64,000 nucleotides of DNA. It comes from Mobula hypostoma. Taxonomy: Eukaryota. The position numbers and the translations under genes are program-made. This document shows positions 50,265 through 61,500 of this stretch, in pieces. Where the stretch lies: NCBI RefSeq assembly GCF_963921235.1, contig NC_086097.1, forward strand, positions 197,038,001 through 197,102,000, written 5' to 3'. Numbering within the stretch: the first letter of the stretch is position 1; each line of letters starts with the position of its first letter. Below the pieces are notes generated by a model, which was given only the letters and a program-made list of their open reading frames with translations, ran no database searches and was not told where the DNA came from.

Positions 50265-50945
50265 GACCTTAGGGTCTGAGTCCATAGGACACTCAAAGCT
50301 GCTAGGCAGGCTGACTCTATGCATTGGCCTTCATCAATCGTGGGATTGAGTTTAAGAGCTGAGAAGTAATGTTACAGCTATATAGGACCTTGGTCTGACC
50401 CCACTTGGAGTACTGTGCTCATTTCTGGTCACCTCCCTACAGGAAGGTTGTGGAAACTATAGAAAAGGTGCAAAGGAGATTTACGAGGATTAGCCTGGAT
50501 TGGGGAGCATGCCTTATGAGAAGAGATTAAGTGAACTCAGCCTTTTCTCCTTGGAGCAACAGAGGATGAAAGGTGACCTACTAGACGTGTATAAGATGAC
50601 GACAGCCATTGATCACGTGGATAGGCAGAGGCTTTTCCCCAGGGCTGAAATGGCCAACACGAGAGGGCACAGTTATAAGATGCTTGGAAGTAGGTACAGA
50701 GGAAATGTCAGGGATACGTTTTTTTTAAAAACGCAGAGAGTGGTGAGTGCGTAGAATAGGCTGCCAGCAACGGTTGTGGAGGCGAATACGATAGGGTCTT
50801 CTAAGAGACTCCTGGATAGGTACATGGAGCTTAGAAAAGTTGAGGGCTATGGGTAACCCTAGGTAATTTCTAAAGTAAGCACATGTTTGGCTCAACATCA
50901 TGGGCCGAAGTGTCTTTATTGTGCTATAAGTTTTCTATGTTTCTA
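50265..50945 (+). mobile_element. CR1 3' fragment
   Basis: ORF 50500-50754 post-RT motifs; tail TTTCTATGTTTCTA. Confidence 0.88.
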
Positions 50946-51399
50946 AATAACATTATCTTGGCTTTAAAAGCCAAATTTGATTTCTGCCTGGAAAGAATGA
51001 CTAAATCTTTATGTGGAGAGTTACAAAATTCCTATGTTAAATGTGCTTTGACACTGGTAAATAGTTACTAATCTATGTGAGGCCAAAGCAGAAAGCTATG
51101 CTTATTTTAGCATCCATCAGCTTTCTCTTTCAGAGAAATTACTGGACTGTGTGGTGTGGAGGGATGCACACTTTACAATATTCAGCTAGAAAGGTTCATA
51201 CTATGTGCATGTATATCTCACTTGAATGACAAAAATGGAAAACCAAGAGCACCCATCTCTGCTATCCTAATTTTAGTGGGCGTATAACTTTAATGATTTT
51301 AAGAGGAAACCAGGTATATTAGTGAAATGGTACAGCTTACCTAATAAACCAACTCAACCATGCTTGCTCTGTCTTAATCTCAATTTCTTATATACTTAC

Positions 51400-51495
51400 T
51401 TTCCCATCAAGACCTTCTTATTTGGTCCCCTTCCAAAGAAATCTTCAGGAGCTGGTCTTTTTCTTGCAGGTTTTGGAATTTTGGAATCAGGTGGT
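51400..51495 (-). CDS. THOC1: THOC1 exon (exon 16 equivalent)
   Basis: 96 bp; PPDSKIPKPARKRPAPEDFFGRGPNKKVLMG. Confidence 0.95.
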
Positions 51496-51912
51496 CTTGA
51501 AAACCAAATATAACTAATGAGAATGAATCAATGATTTCTGATGTGTGCATACATTTTAATTAAGAGTCTTAAGGGAAATGAAACAGAACTTGCATACTCC
51601 ATCAAGTTCATTCCTTATCTTTCTTAAGGTAGCACATGACATTCAAACTAAGGAAAAAGGGAACCTATCCACCCGATGCTGTTCAGTAATTACTTGGGAG
51701 ACATTACTTGCTTGAAATCCATTTTAAAAAGAAAAGTTCATGACAAAGTTGCTAAAAGACCCTTGCTTTAATTTATAATTATAGAATGTTAATAGGAGAA
51801 AACAGTGGTAGATATACAGATCAAAATGCTAGTTTTCCATTTTGAAGTAGAAAGGGGACAAAAGAATGACAACAAAGATGTAGAAAGTATGATTAAATTG
51901 TGAAGAATATAC

Positions 51913-51983
51913 CTTTCTTTAACAAAACTTGGACAGCCTTCATTTTTCCATGCAATCCAGTTCTCTTCACTATGTAATATATG
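51913..51983 (-). CDS. THOC1: THOC1 exon (exon 15 equivalent)
   Basis: 71 bp; HILHSEENWIAWKNEGCPSFVKE. Confidence 0.97.
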
Positions 51984-52014
51984 CTGTAATCAAATACGAG
52001 TCAGATCAGATCAA

Positions 52015-52925
52015 TTCTGTTGATGACATCACTGTTTTGGTCCGAAGCAAAGGTGGTGATGAATCAGCATACAGGAGGGAGATTGAAAATTTGGCATAAC
52101 AATAACCTCTCACTCAATGTCATCAAGACCAAGGAACTAGTTACAGACCTCAGGAGAGGGAAACCAAAGGACCGTGATTCAGAGGATCAGAGGTGGAGAG
52201 GATTAGCACCTTTAAATTCCCGGGTGTTACTATTTCAAATGAATTGTCCTGGAACCAGCATGTGAGTGGCTTCTGAAGGAAGCACTGCAGCACCTCTTCT
52301 TCCTAAGGAGTCTGCAGAGATTTGGCATGACGTCAAAAACTTTCTATAAATGTGTAGTGTAGATTACATAGACTAGCTGCATCACAGCCTGGTATGGAAA
52401 CACCAATGCCCTTCAATGGGAAATCCTACAAAAAGTAGTAGATTTGGCCCTGTGCATCATGGGTAAAGCCCTCCCAAACATTGAGTACATCTACATGAAA
52501 CCTGTCACAAGAAAGCAGCATCCATCATCAAAGATCCCCACCACCCAGGTCATGCTCTCTTCTCATTGCAGTCAGGTAGAAGGCATAAGAGCACCAGGTT
52601 CAAGAACAGTTACCACCCCTCAACCATCAGGCTCTTAAATAAAAGGGGATAACTACATTACTTGCCCCATAACTGAGATGCTCCTCCAACCAATGATCTC
52701 ACTTTAAGGACTCTTTATCCCATGTTCTCATTACCTATTGCTACTTATTTATATTTCCATTTGCACAGTTTGTTGTCTTCTGCCTTCTGATTGAACTTTC
52801 ACTGATGATCCTATTATAGTTACTATTCTATAGATTTGCTGAGTATGCCCACAGGAAAATTAAACTCAAGGTTATACATGGTGACATACATGTACCTTGA
52901 GAATAAAATTTGCCTTTGAACTTTT
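52015..52925 (+). mobile_element. Rex1/Babar-type LINE 3' fragment
   Basis: DDIT..., DESAYRREIENL, NNLSLNVIKTKELV; tail AATAAAATTTGCCTTTGAACTTT. Confidence 0.88.
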
Positions 52926-53184
52926 TGAATTCTAGTGTGTAGATATTTAATTACCTAAACAGACTTGGAAGATCATCTCCAAGTTATAAACAATCAAAGT
53001 TGTGAAAATCTCTAACAAAAAAACCCCACCGAAGTGAGATATCCTAGGCAAGATCTCATGAGCTTAAAAATCACATTGAGTCAAAGTTCAACTGGTTCAA
53101 GAGCGCTGCTCTGCATTACTCATTTAGACCCTTCCCTTCCAGCTCTTCACGGCAGGCCGCCCAGCATCATCCAACAACCTCCGA

Positions 53185-53408
53185 TTTAACCTAACCTCAT
53201 CACAGGACGATTTACAATCATCGATTAACATACTAACTGGTACGTCTTTGGGTTGTGGGAGGAAACGGAAGTACCCAGAAAAAATCCCATACATTCCATG
53301 CTAAGGGTGTACAGACTCCCTGTGGAGGACACTGGGACTGAACTGCAAACTCCCGACACCCCAAGCTGTAACAGCATCATGTTAACTGCTAAGCTACCAC
53401 GGCACCCA
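53185..53408 (-). mobile_element. HE1-like V-SINE
   Basis: Reverse complement GGGTGCCGTGGTAGCTTAGCAGTTAAC head and TTCTGGGTACTTCCGTTTCCTCCCACAACCCAAAGACGTACC V-domain. Confidence 0.75.
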
Positions 53409-53573
53409 CATCTGGCACATACAATAAGCAAGAAATAAATGAACAATGCTCTGCAGCATCTGTCCCATTTCACCAACTTGTGACAGCATGTAAGAAACAG
53501 CTTTATCATTAATTAACTACCTAGTATCAGAAAACCTAAATCAGAAATTCAAAACAAAAATAACTTATCATAC

Positions 53574-53624
53574 CTCTACCATGCTAGAGAACTTTTCTCC
53601 ATCAGGTGGTGTTTCTTTGAACAA
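53574..53624 (-). CDS. THOC1: THOC1 exon (exon 14 equivalent)
   Basis: 51 bp; LFKETPPDGEKFSSMVE. Confidence 0.95.
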
Positions 53625-54952
53625 CTAGACAAAAAATAAAAATATTTTAGGGAGCATTTTTATCAAAAATCCTCATCTTTTTGGGATCAGCAAGAATATT
53701 TTCTATAGTTTTATAGACTCTTAATGCAAATGTTACTGCGTAAAAGTTTCAAATCAAAAGAGAAAAAATTCTATCTGCTGTATCTCCCCATCTACCTAAA
53801 CCTGCAAATTTAGGAACAAAAAGACATTAACCATATCACTGAAAATACATGTCAGCACACTCAATATTGCACAAAATTTTACACTGGAGGACAAACAAAT
53901 GATTGAGGTCAAATATAAACTCAAATATCAAAATGTGAAAGTAAACAATGATCTATAACTGTGCATCTGATCCCGTTTTATTGAATTAACTAAAAGAATT
54001 ACCATACTTGCAGCTTCAATATGTAAGGCTGGTCAAATATCAACTACAATTCAGGGAAAAGGATAGGATCCCAGAACAATCTATGTTGAAAAGGAGAAGG
54101 ACCTAGTTGATTTAGTGGGCTGAAGAGATGAATAACTTCTCAGGAGTCCAAGAGGGAGGATGCACTTGGAGAGGCAATGAGACTTTGTAAAGGGAAATTA
54201 AACTACTGAGATTATATCTTGGGAGGAGCTGGACATCAGTAGATTCTTTAAGAAATCTCGCATCCAAGCCCATCTCATGCAAAACAATTTGGTAAACCAG
54301 CTCCAAAACTGGCTTGGCAATAAAAGACAGGATGTGATGATGAAGTTGTTTTTACAAATGGAAATCTGACCAGTGATATAGCATGAGGATTTATGCTGAG
54401 ACCTTTGCTGTTTGTTAATTACATTAATGACCTGATTGTGAATAAGTCAGATGTCACAAAAACTGGTGGCGTGATTGACCATGTGTTATACTTTACTTTG
54501 GGCAACAGATGACACCGATAAATTTGTAAGATGGGAGTAGAAATGACAAAATGAATCTTAATCTTGTAAATGTGAAGAGATACATTTTGGGTAGAGTAGT
54601 AAGGCTTGGATAAACACAGTGAATGGTAGGACCCTATGAAATACTGAGGAACAGAGGGAGCTTGATGTACATAACGACCCGTAAAGTCAGCAGTTAAGTA
54701 GATAAGGTGGTTGAGGCAGCACACTGAATTAAATTCTTGTTTCCATTAAATGAGATATAATGCAAGAGGAAAATTATGGTACAGTCATAAAAAAAAATTA
54801 GCTGGGCCATAGAGTACTTCGTGCAAATCCAAATTGACAGGGAGTTGCCTGGGAGTGTTTCAATTATGAGGAGAAACTGGATATCCTTGTAGGGGGAGAA
54901 GGCTGAGGAGGATTGTTTGAGAAATAAATATATAATGGGCATATATAGGAAA

Positions 54953-55254
54953 TGTGTTGGCGCGTAGCCAAGTGGTTAAGGCATTGGTCTAGTGATCTGA
55001 AGGTCGCTAGTTCGAGCCTCAGCTGAGGCTGCAGGTTGTGTCCTGAGCAAGGCACTTAACCACACATTGCTCTGCGACAACACCAGTGCCAAGCTGCATC
55101 GGCCCTAGTACCCTTCCCTTGGACAACATCGATGGCGTGAAGAGGGGAGATTTGCAGCATGGGCAACTGCCGGTCCATACAACCTTGCCCAGGCCTGCCC
55201 CCTGGAAACATTCCAAGGCGCAAATCCATGGTCTCACGAGACTAATGGATGCCT
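54953..55254 (+). mobile_element. tRNA-headed SINE with CORE-like segment and RTE-like tail, inside an old CR1
   Basis: A box TAGCCAAGTGG, B box GTTCGAGCC; 12-bp TSD ATATATAGGAAA at 54941-54952 and 55255-55266. Confidence 0.9.
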
Positions 55255-55869
55255 ATATATAGGAAAAACAGAACTTTATTTTTTTTTAAAACACACAGCA
55301 GAGGTCTTCAAAATCAGAAAGCATAGAGAGTTGGAGGGGATTTGAAAAGCATTATTTTTCACCCAGAGCAATCCACTGCCCAAAGGAATGGTGAAGACTG
55401 GCACTTTCACCACATTAATGTACTTAAATGAGTACTTGAAATACCATGACAGAGAGAAAGTTACAGTGCCAGAAAACAAGATTAGTTTGGGACCCGATGG
55501 TCAGCGTGAATAAAGTGAACCAAAGGGCCCGATTCCAGACTGGAAAGTACATTTGTAAACATCTTTACCCCAATGACATCAATATCCTTTAACAAATCAA
55601 TGGAAAATAAAACGCTCCTTCTTGAAGAGACATAATTACAGGAGCAGGAACTACTCAGCACCAACTAAATGTAAGTGATTTACCAAGGCTGCAATAACAA
55701 GGGCTGCAAGATACAGGGAAATCACTTACAATTACTTGTCTGCATAACCATATAATGTGAAGATTAATGAAAAATAAAACAAATTCAGCACATTTATGTT
55801 TGAAATAAATACTATATTTGGGAAGGTTTAATTGTAATATAATTTGGTAATTAATTGATTTTAACCAAC

Positions 55870-55936
55870 CTGATAAACTGCTTTGGTGGTATCTTCAATC
55901 CAAAGAGACTGTTCATCAGTTAATACACAATAGGAA
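55870..55936 (-). CDS. THOC1: THOC1 exon (exon 13 equivalent)
   Basis: 67 bp; SYCVLTDEQSLWIEDTTKAVYQ. Confidence 0.96.
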
Positions 55937-56373
55937 CTGTGAGAAAGAATTACACTGTGTCATACTCCATTTAATTGTGTTCTCATAGCTCCAGGTGGAT
56001 AGATGTGTCTAAACATTACTCATTATTTGTGAGTTCTGTGGTTGTTGTTTGAACTTCCTACTAAAAATATACAGTAAACATCACACAACATAATTTACTA
56101 TTCATCTGTTCCTTGCAGTTCGTCTCTAATCTTAAAATCTTCTTACCTTCACAGCTCCTAAAATACAAAGCAAATCCTGAGCTTTATCTTCGCATACAGC
56201 TTTGAAAACCATCTTCTACAAAATATCCTATAAATCACTACTGATGTGCATTGCTTCCAAAATAACTACTTAATGCTTCTGACACCTTCCTGACACAATT
56301 CTGAATAAGGAAATGGGAACATTAGGATTAGAGGTAGAAGTTACCATTCAAGAAGACAACAAACAATCTTCCA

Positions 56374-56468
56374 CCTGACGAAGGGTCTCGGCCCAAAACG
56401 TCAACTGTACCCCTTCCTAGAGATGCTGCCTGGCCTGCTGCGTTCACCAGCAACTTTGATGTGTGTTG
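56374..56468 (+). mobile_element. Short Penelope-like pLTR fragment starting at the hammerhead core
   Basis: CTGACGA at 56375-56381, GAAA changed to AAAA; CTTCCACCT duplicated at 56368-56376 and 56469-56477. Confidence 0.85.
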
Positions 56469-56946
56469 CTTCCACCTCAGTGCCACTTATCTGTACTAAC
56501 CTTACAACCCTTTGAGCTATGGATCTATCTTAAGTATACTTGGCAACTGAGCCTCCGCAACCCAGTTTCACTACTCTAAAAGTATTAAGTTTTAATGCAT
56601 ATTGGAATAAAACTAACTAGACCAATCTTCACATTCAGCAATGAGGAAGATATAATAGAGACAAACAAAGTAGTAAAGAAAAATAAACTGGGAAACACTC
56701 CTTCAGGGTTGCCTGAGAGAGAAAGCAAAACCAGTGAAAGGTTATGCACGATGGAGATCATCTTAGCAGAAAGTTTTAATTAAATTGCACCGAGACTTCC
56801 GGTAGCGCTCATGGAGTGAAGTCGCGTTCTTGACTCGCTCCATTACCTCTGAGTTTTTTCTCTCTATGGTCAGCTATACTTTAATTAACTATTAAGGCAT
56901 CAATTTTTACAATACTTTGAATTAAACTGAATTCTCTGACAATTGG

Positions 56947-57846
56947 ATGATACTGAGATCGGCTATGTCTAAGAACGGGAAAGACGGCAAGGATGGTAAA
57001 CCTCCGGTTAAACCGAAAGCTACGGATCTCCCCCCGACTGAATCACCGGTGACTTTGAAAGCGATATCGGAGTTAATTCAGAGGGAAATTTCAACCTCTG
57101 TTAGGGAGATGATTCGTACAGAAATTATGGGCTTTGTTAAAGACCTGATTCATACGGAAATCTCAACTAAGTTCCAGAAAATTGCCGATTTAATTGATAA
57201 GATGCAAACATGTATTGCGGAACATCAGTCGGCTATATCTGATCTTCAAAAATCCGCGCAACAAAGTGAGCTTGAGATGGGGAAAGTCGAAGAAACAATT
57301 AATGTAATGAAGAAGAAACTTGACTTTTTGACTTTTAAAAACTCTGACTTGGAATCTAGAATGCGACGGCAGAATTTACGAATGATTGGCGTCAGGGAAG
57401 CCGTGGAAGCTAACAACCCTATGAAATATTTCTCCCAACTTTTAAAAGATGCATTCCCTACTGTATTTCCTGACCAACCACCGCTACTGGATCGTGTTCA
57501 CAGAATCCCATCATACTCGTCTAGGTCAGATAGACCTAGGCATGTTATTTTACGTTTTCATTACTTTCAAGACAAGGAGAGACTGTTTCGATTCGCTCGA
57601 TCTAAAGGTTTCATTGATTTTTCGGATCTTAAGTTCCGATTCGTGGAAGATTTCAGTAAACCAATCTGGGACCAACGGGTCCGTTACAGATCCGTGATGT
57701 CGGAATTCTATAAGATGGATTTAAGACCAGCGCTGCTGTACCCTGCACGTCTAAGGATTCGCATGTTAGATGGAGCCCTTCGTTTTTTTGATTCTCCATC
57801 GGATGCCCAGAGTTATCTGGATCAACTTTCATCTTCAACATCTTAA
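56947..57846 (+). CDS. L1 ORF1p (coiled coil, RRM, CTD)
   Basis: 299 aa; DLESRMRRQNLRMIGVRE, LDRVHR, RPRHVILRF, YPARLRI; start could be ATG 56947 or 56965. Confidence 0.93.
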   Translation: MILRSAMSKNGKDGKDGKPPVKPKATDLPPTESPVTLKAISELIQREISTSVREMIRTEIMGFVKDLIHTEISTKFQKIADLIDKMQTCIAEHQSAISDLQKSAQQSELEMGKVEETINVMKKKLDFLTFKNSDLESRMRRQNLRMIGVREAVEANNPMKYFSQLLKDAFPTVFPDQPPLLDRVHRIPSYSSRSDRPRHVILRFHYFQDKERLFRFARSKGFIDFSDLKFRFVEDFSKPIWDQRVRYRSVMSEFYKMDLRPALLYPARLRIRMLDGALRFFDSPSDAQSYLDQLSSSTS

Positions 57847-58567
57847 TTGCCTTTTTTTAATTTTCTCCGTTGATCGGAGGCTGTGAATTGGTTGGTTTTA
57901 ACTTTTCTGTGCCCTATTTGGGCAGAAAAGTTTACTTTCGATTTCTTAATATGGCTGCTAAACTTTCTTTTTAACTGCGTCATTTCTTTCTTTTCCCAGG
58001 GGATTCTGGGTGGTTACTTCCCTTTTGTCATCTTACGTATTTCCTGTGCGGCCTTAAATTTTGTAGTTTTTTTTTAAATTTTATTCTGTTTTGCTTTTTA
58101 TAATCATTTTATGTTAATAATCCTATTTTTTTTGTTGCTGTGTCTATTCATGAGTTTGAGGTTTATTGTGTTTTTTTTTTAATATATACTTTCCGGCTTT
58201 TGTTCTGTTCTGTGTGTATTTTAATTGAGCTAACTTTTTTTTACTTATTTTTTTACTGTTTTACAATTAGCTGATCCTTTTCATATTTATACCTTTTTTT
58301 TAGGGAGCGTATACCGGAAGTCATGGGGGTAGTTTTAGCGCTTGCTTCTTTCTGGCGGGTCTGCTTTAGATTTCGCCTTGGGGTCTTGGGGTGGGGGGTG
58401 GTGGGAGGGGCTTCACGTTTTAGTTTGTTTCTCTTTGGGCTATATACATTATTGAAGTATTGGTTGCGTCCTTTTCCCCGGTATCTTTTGTATGTTCTGT
58501 TTCCTCTCCGGGTTTGTGGGTCGCGCCTATTGTCAATCCTCCTTGTTATGGGTTGACTTTAGGATTT

Positions 58568-61500
58568 ATGGAGTCTATTATTAATTTTGTCTCCTGGAAT
58601 ACTAATGGTCTTAATCATCCTATTAAAAGGAAAAAAGTTTTTAAAGTGTTCCGGAGACTTAAAGCACAAATTTTATTTTTACAAGAGACCCATGTACGGA
58701 GGGGGGACAGACTACGTTTTTTCAAATTCTGGAAGGGACAACAATTTCATTCGAACTCCAATGCTAAGATTCGAGGCGTCTCTATTTTTATAGACTCCTC
58801 AGTTACCTTTATACAACAGGATATTATCTCTGATCCGAATGGTAGATTTTTATTGGTTAGTGGTTTACTATTTAATAAAAAAGTAGTTTTGGTTAATGTT
58901 TATGCTCCTAATATGGATTGTCCGGAATTTTATAAATCATTGTTTGATCAGTTTCCGAATTTGAACGAGTTTTCATTGATTTGGGGCGGAGATCTTAATA
59001 CCTGTTTATCTCCAGCTTTGGACCGTTCGGCTCCTTTACGGACTTTACCTAATAAATCTGCAAATTTGATTAATTTTTTCCTTTCTGATTCTGGGTCGAC
59101 GGACATTTGGCGTTTTCTGCATCCTCAGGAAAAAGATTTTTCCTTCTTTTCACATGTTCATCATTCCTATTCAAGAATTGATTATTTTTTCATTGATTCT
59201 CGTCTCATTCCTTCAGTGATTAAATGTGATTATGATTCTATAACCATTTCGGATCATGCTCCACTTAAGCTTTCTATTAAAATTATGGCCAATATACCAA
59301 ACAATAGACAATGGCGTTTTAATTCGCTGTTGCTTCAGGACTCGGACTTTGTTAATTTTATGAATGAACAGATTGAGCTTTTTTTTACAATTAACCATAC
59401 AGAAGATATTTCGGTTAACACTCTTTGGGACACTTTTAAAGCCTATATTCGGGGTCAGATTATTTCGTATTCCGTTGCTTTGAGGAAGAAACAGAAGCAG
59501 GAGGAGATGGCAATTGTGGACAAGATTAAAGAAATTGATAAGAAATATGTTATGGCTCCTTCTGAGGAGCTATACAAACAAAGAACTGAACTTCAAATGG
59601 AACACAGTTTACTACTCTCGTCCTCGATTGTAAACCAATTAAAGAAAACAAGAAGTGATTTTTATGTTCACAGTGATAAAATTGGCAAGCTGCTGGCTAA
59701 TCAATTGAAATCTAATTATGTTAAATCTCAAATCAATCAGATTTATAACCAAAATGATCGATTGATATTGGATCATGTGGGGATTAATCAAACCTTTTGT
59801 GATTTTTATTCTTCTTTATATCAATCAGAGTCTCCTCGAGATTCTAAATATATGAATGATTTTTTAGATAAGTTAGACTTCCCTCAGATTTCACAGGATA
59901 TGTCTTCTTTATTAGATACTTCCATTACAATGGATGAGATTAAGAATGTTATTTTTTCTATGAATCTGGGGAAAGCTCCTGGCCCTGATGGGTTTACCGT
60001 TGAATTTTATAAATGTTTTGCTTCTTTATTGATTCCTTGGCTCTATAAGGTTTTTGAGGCTTCTTTGAAACTTGGTAAACTTCCGGAATCTTTTAATAGA
60101 GCATCAATTTCTTTAATACTAAAGAAGGATAAAGACCCTGCTCAATGTGCATCTTATAGACCAATATCTTTATTAAATGTTGATTCTAAAGTTTTTTCTA
60201 AGTTATTAGCAAATAGACTAGAAAAAGTACTTCCTTCTATTATTTCGGAAGACCAAACGGGTTTTATTAAAGGTCGTTACTCTTTTTATAATATTCGTAC
60301 ATTGTTAAATATCGTTTATACTCCCTCACAAAATGTTCCTGAGTGTGTTATTTCTTTAGATGCCGAGAAAGCTTTTGATAGAGTAGAATGGCCTTATTTA
60401 TTTAAGGTGCTTGAAATGTTTAATTTTAGCTTGAAATTTATATCCTGGATTAAACTGTTATATCACTCCCCTGTAGCCTCGGTTCGTACTAACTCCTTAA
60501 ACTCACCTTTTTTTCCTCTCTTTCGTGGTACTCGACAAGGCTGTCCTCTTAGTCCCCTATTATTTGATATTGCATTAGAACCTCTTGCAATTGCTATTCG
60601 AGAATCTTCAAATATTACTGGGATAACTCGGGGATTAAAGTCCCATAAATTATCACTCTATGCTGATGATTTACTTTTATATATTTCTAATCCTGAGAGA
60701 TCCATTCCTGCTGTTTTAGAGTTATTAGCACAATTTGGTCTTTTCTCAGGTTATAAATTAAATCTTAGTAAGAGTGAACTTTTTCCGATTAATAAACATC
60801 TTCCCTTATATTATAAATTTTCATTTAAATTGATTAATAATTACTTTTCATATCTTGGGATTAAAATTACTTGTAAACATAAAGATTTATTTAAGACTAA
60901 CTTTTTACCATTAATAGACCATATTACTCAACTTTCATCTAAATGGTTTCCCTTATATTTAACTTTGATTGGTCGTATTAATGCAGTTAAGATGTTTTTT
61001 TTGCCAAAATTTTTATATGTGTTTCAGGCATTACCAATTTTCGTTCCTAAATCTTTTTTTGATAAAGTTGACTCTAAAATTTCTTCATTTATTTGGCAGA
61101 ATAAGAATCCGAGACTGGGTAAAATACATTTACAGAAAGCTAAGAGAGATGGAGGTTTAGCATTACCTAACTTTAGATTTTATTATTGGGCTATTAATAT
61201 TCGACATATGAAATTTTGGTTACTTGACCGGGACATACTATCTATTCCTAAATGGGTAGCATTGGAATTACAATCTGTTCAGGGTTATACACTTGGTTCT
61301 ATTTTAGGTTCCTCTCTTCCTTTTGATTCGAAACGCCTTAAGCAGGTCTCTAACCCGATAGTTAAATATGCTTTGCGCATTTGGTTTCAATTCAGAAAAT
61401 TTTTTGATCTTAATCAATTCGGGTTAGCGATTCCTATTTTAGGTAACATATTTTTTCCTCCCTCTTTTACGGATCGCGCTTTTCAAACTTGGAAGACTAA

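Noticed and set aside
54957..55032. tRNA genes at SINE heads (also 9187, ~15070-15146, ~20800-20875)
   Set aside because: They continue into a shared SINE body with TSDs (9187 is a truncated head) and have no T-run terminator
58460..58567. N-terminal extension of L1 ORF2 in the ORF track
   Set aside because: Starts at a non-ATG codon; the endonuclease begins right after ATG 58568
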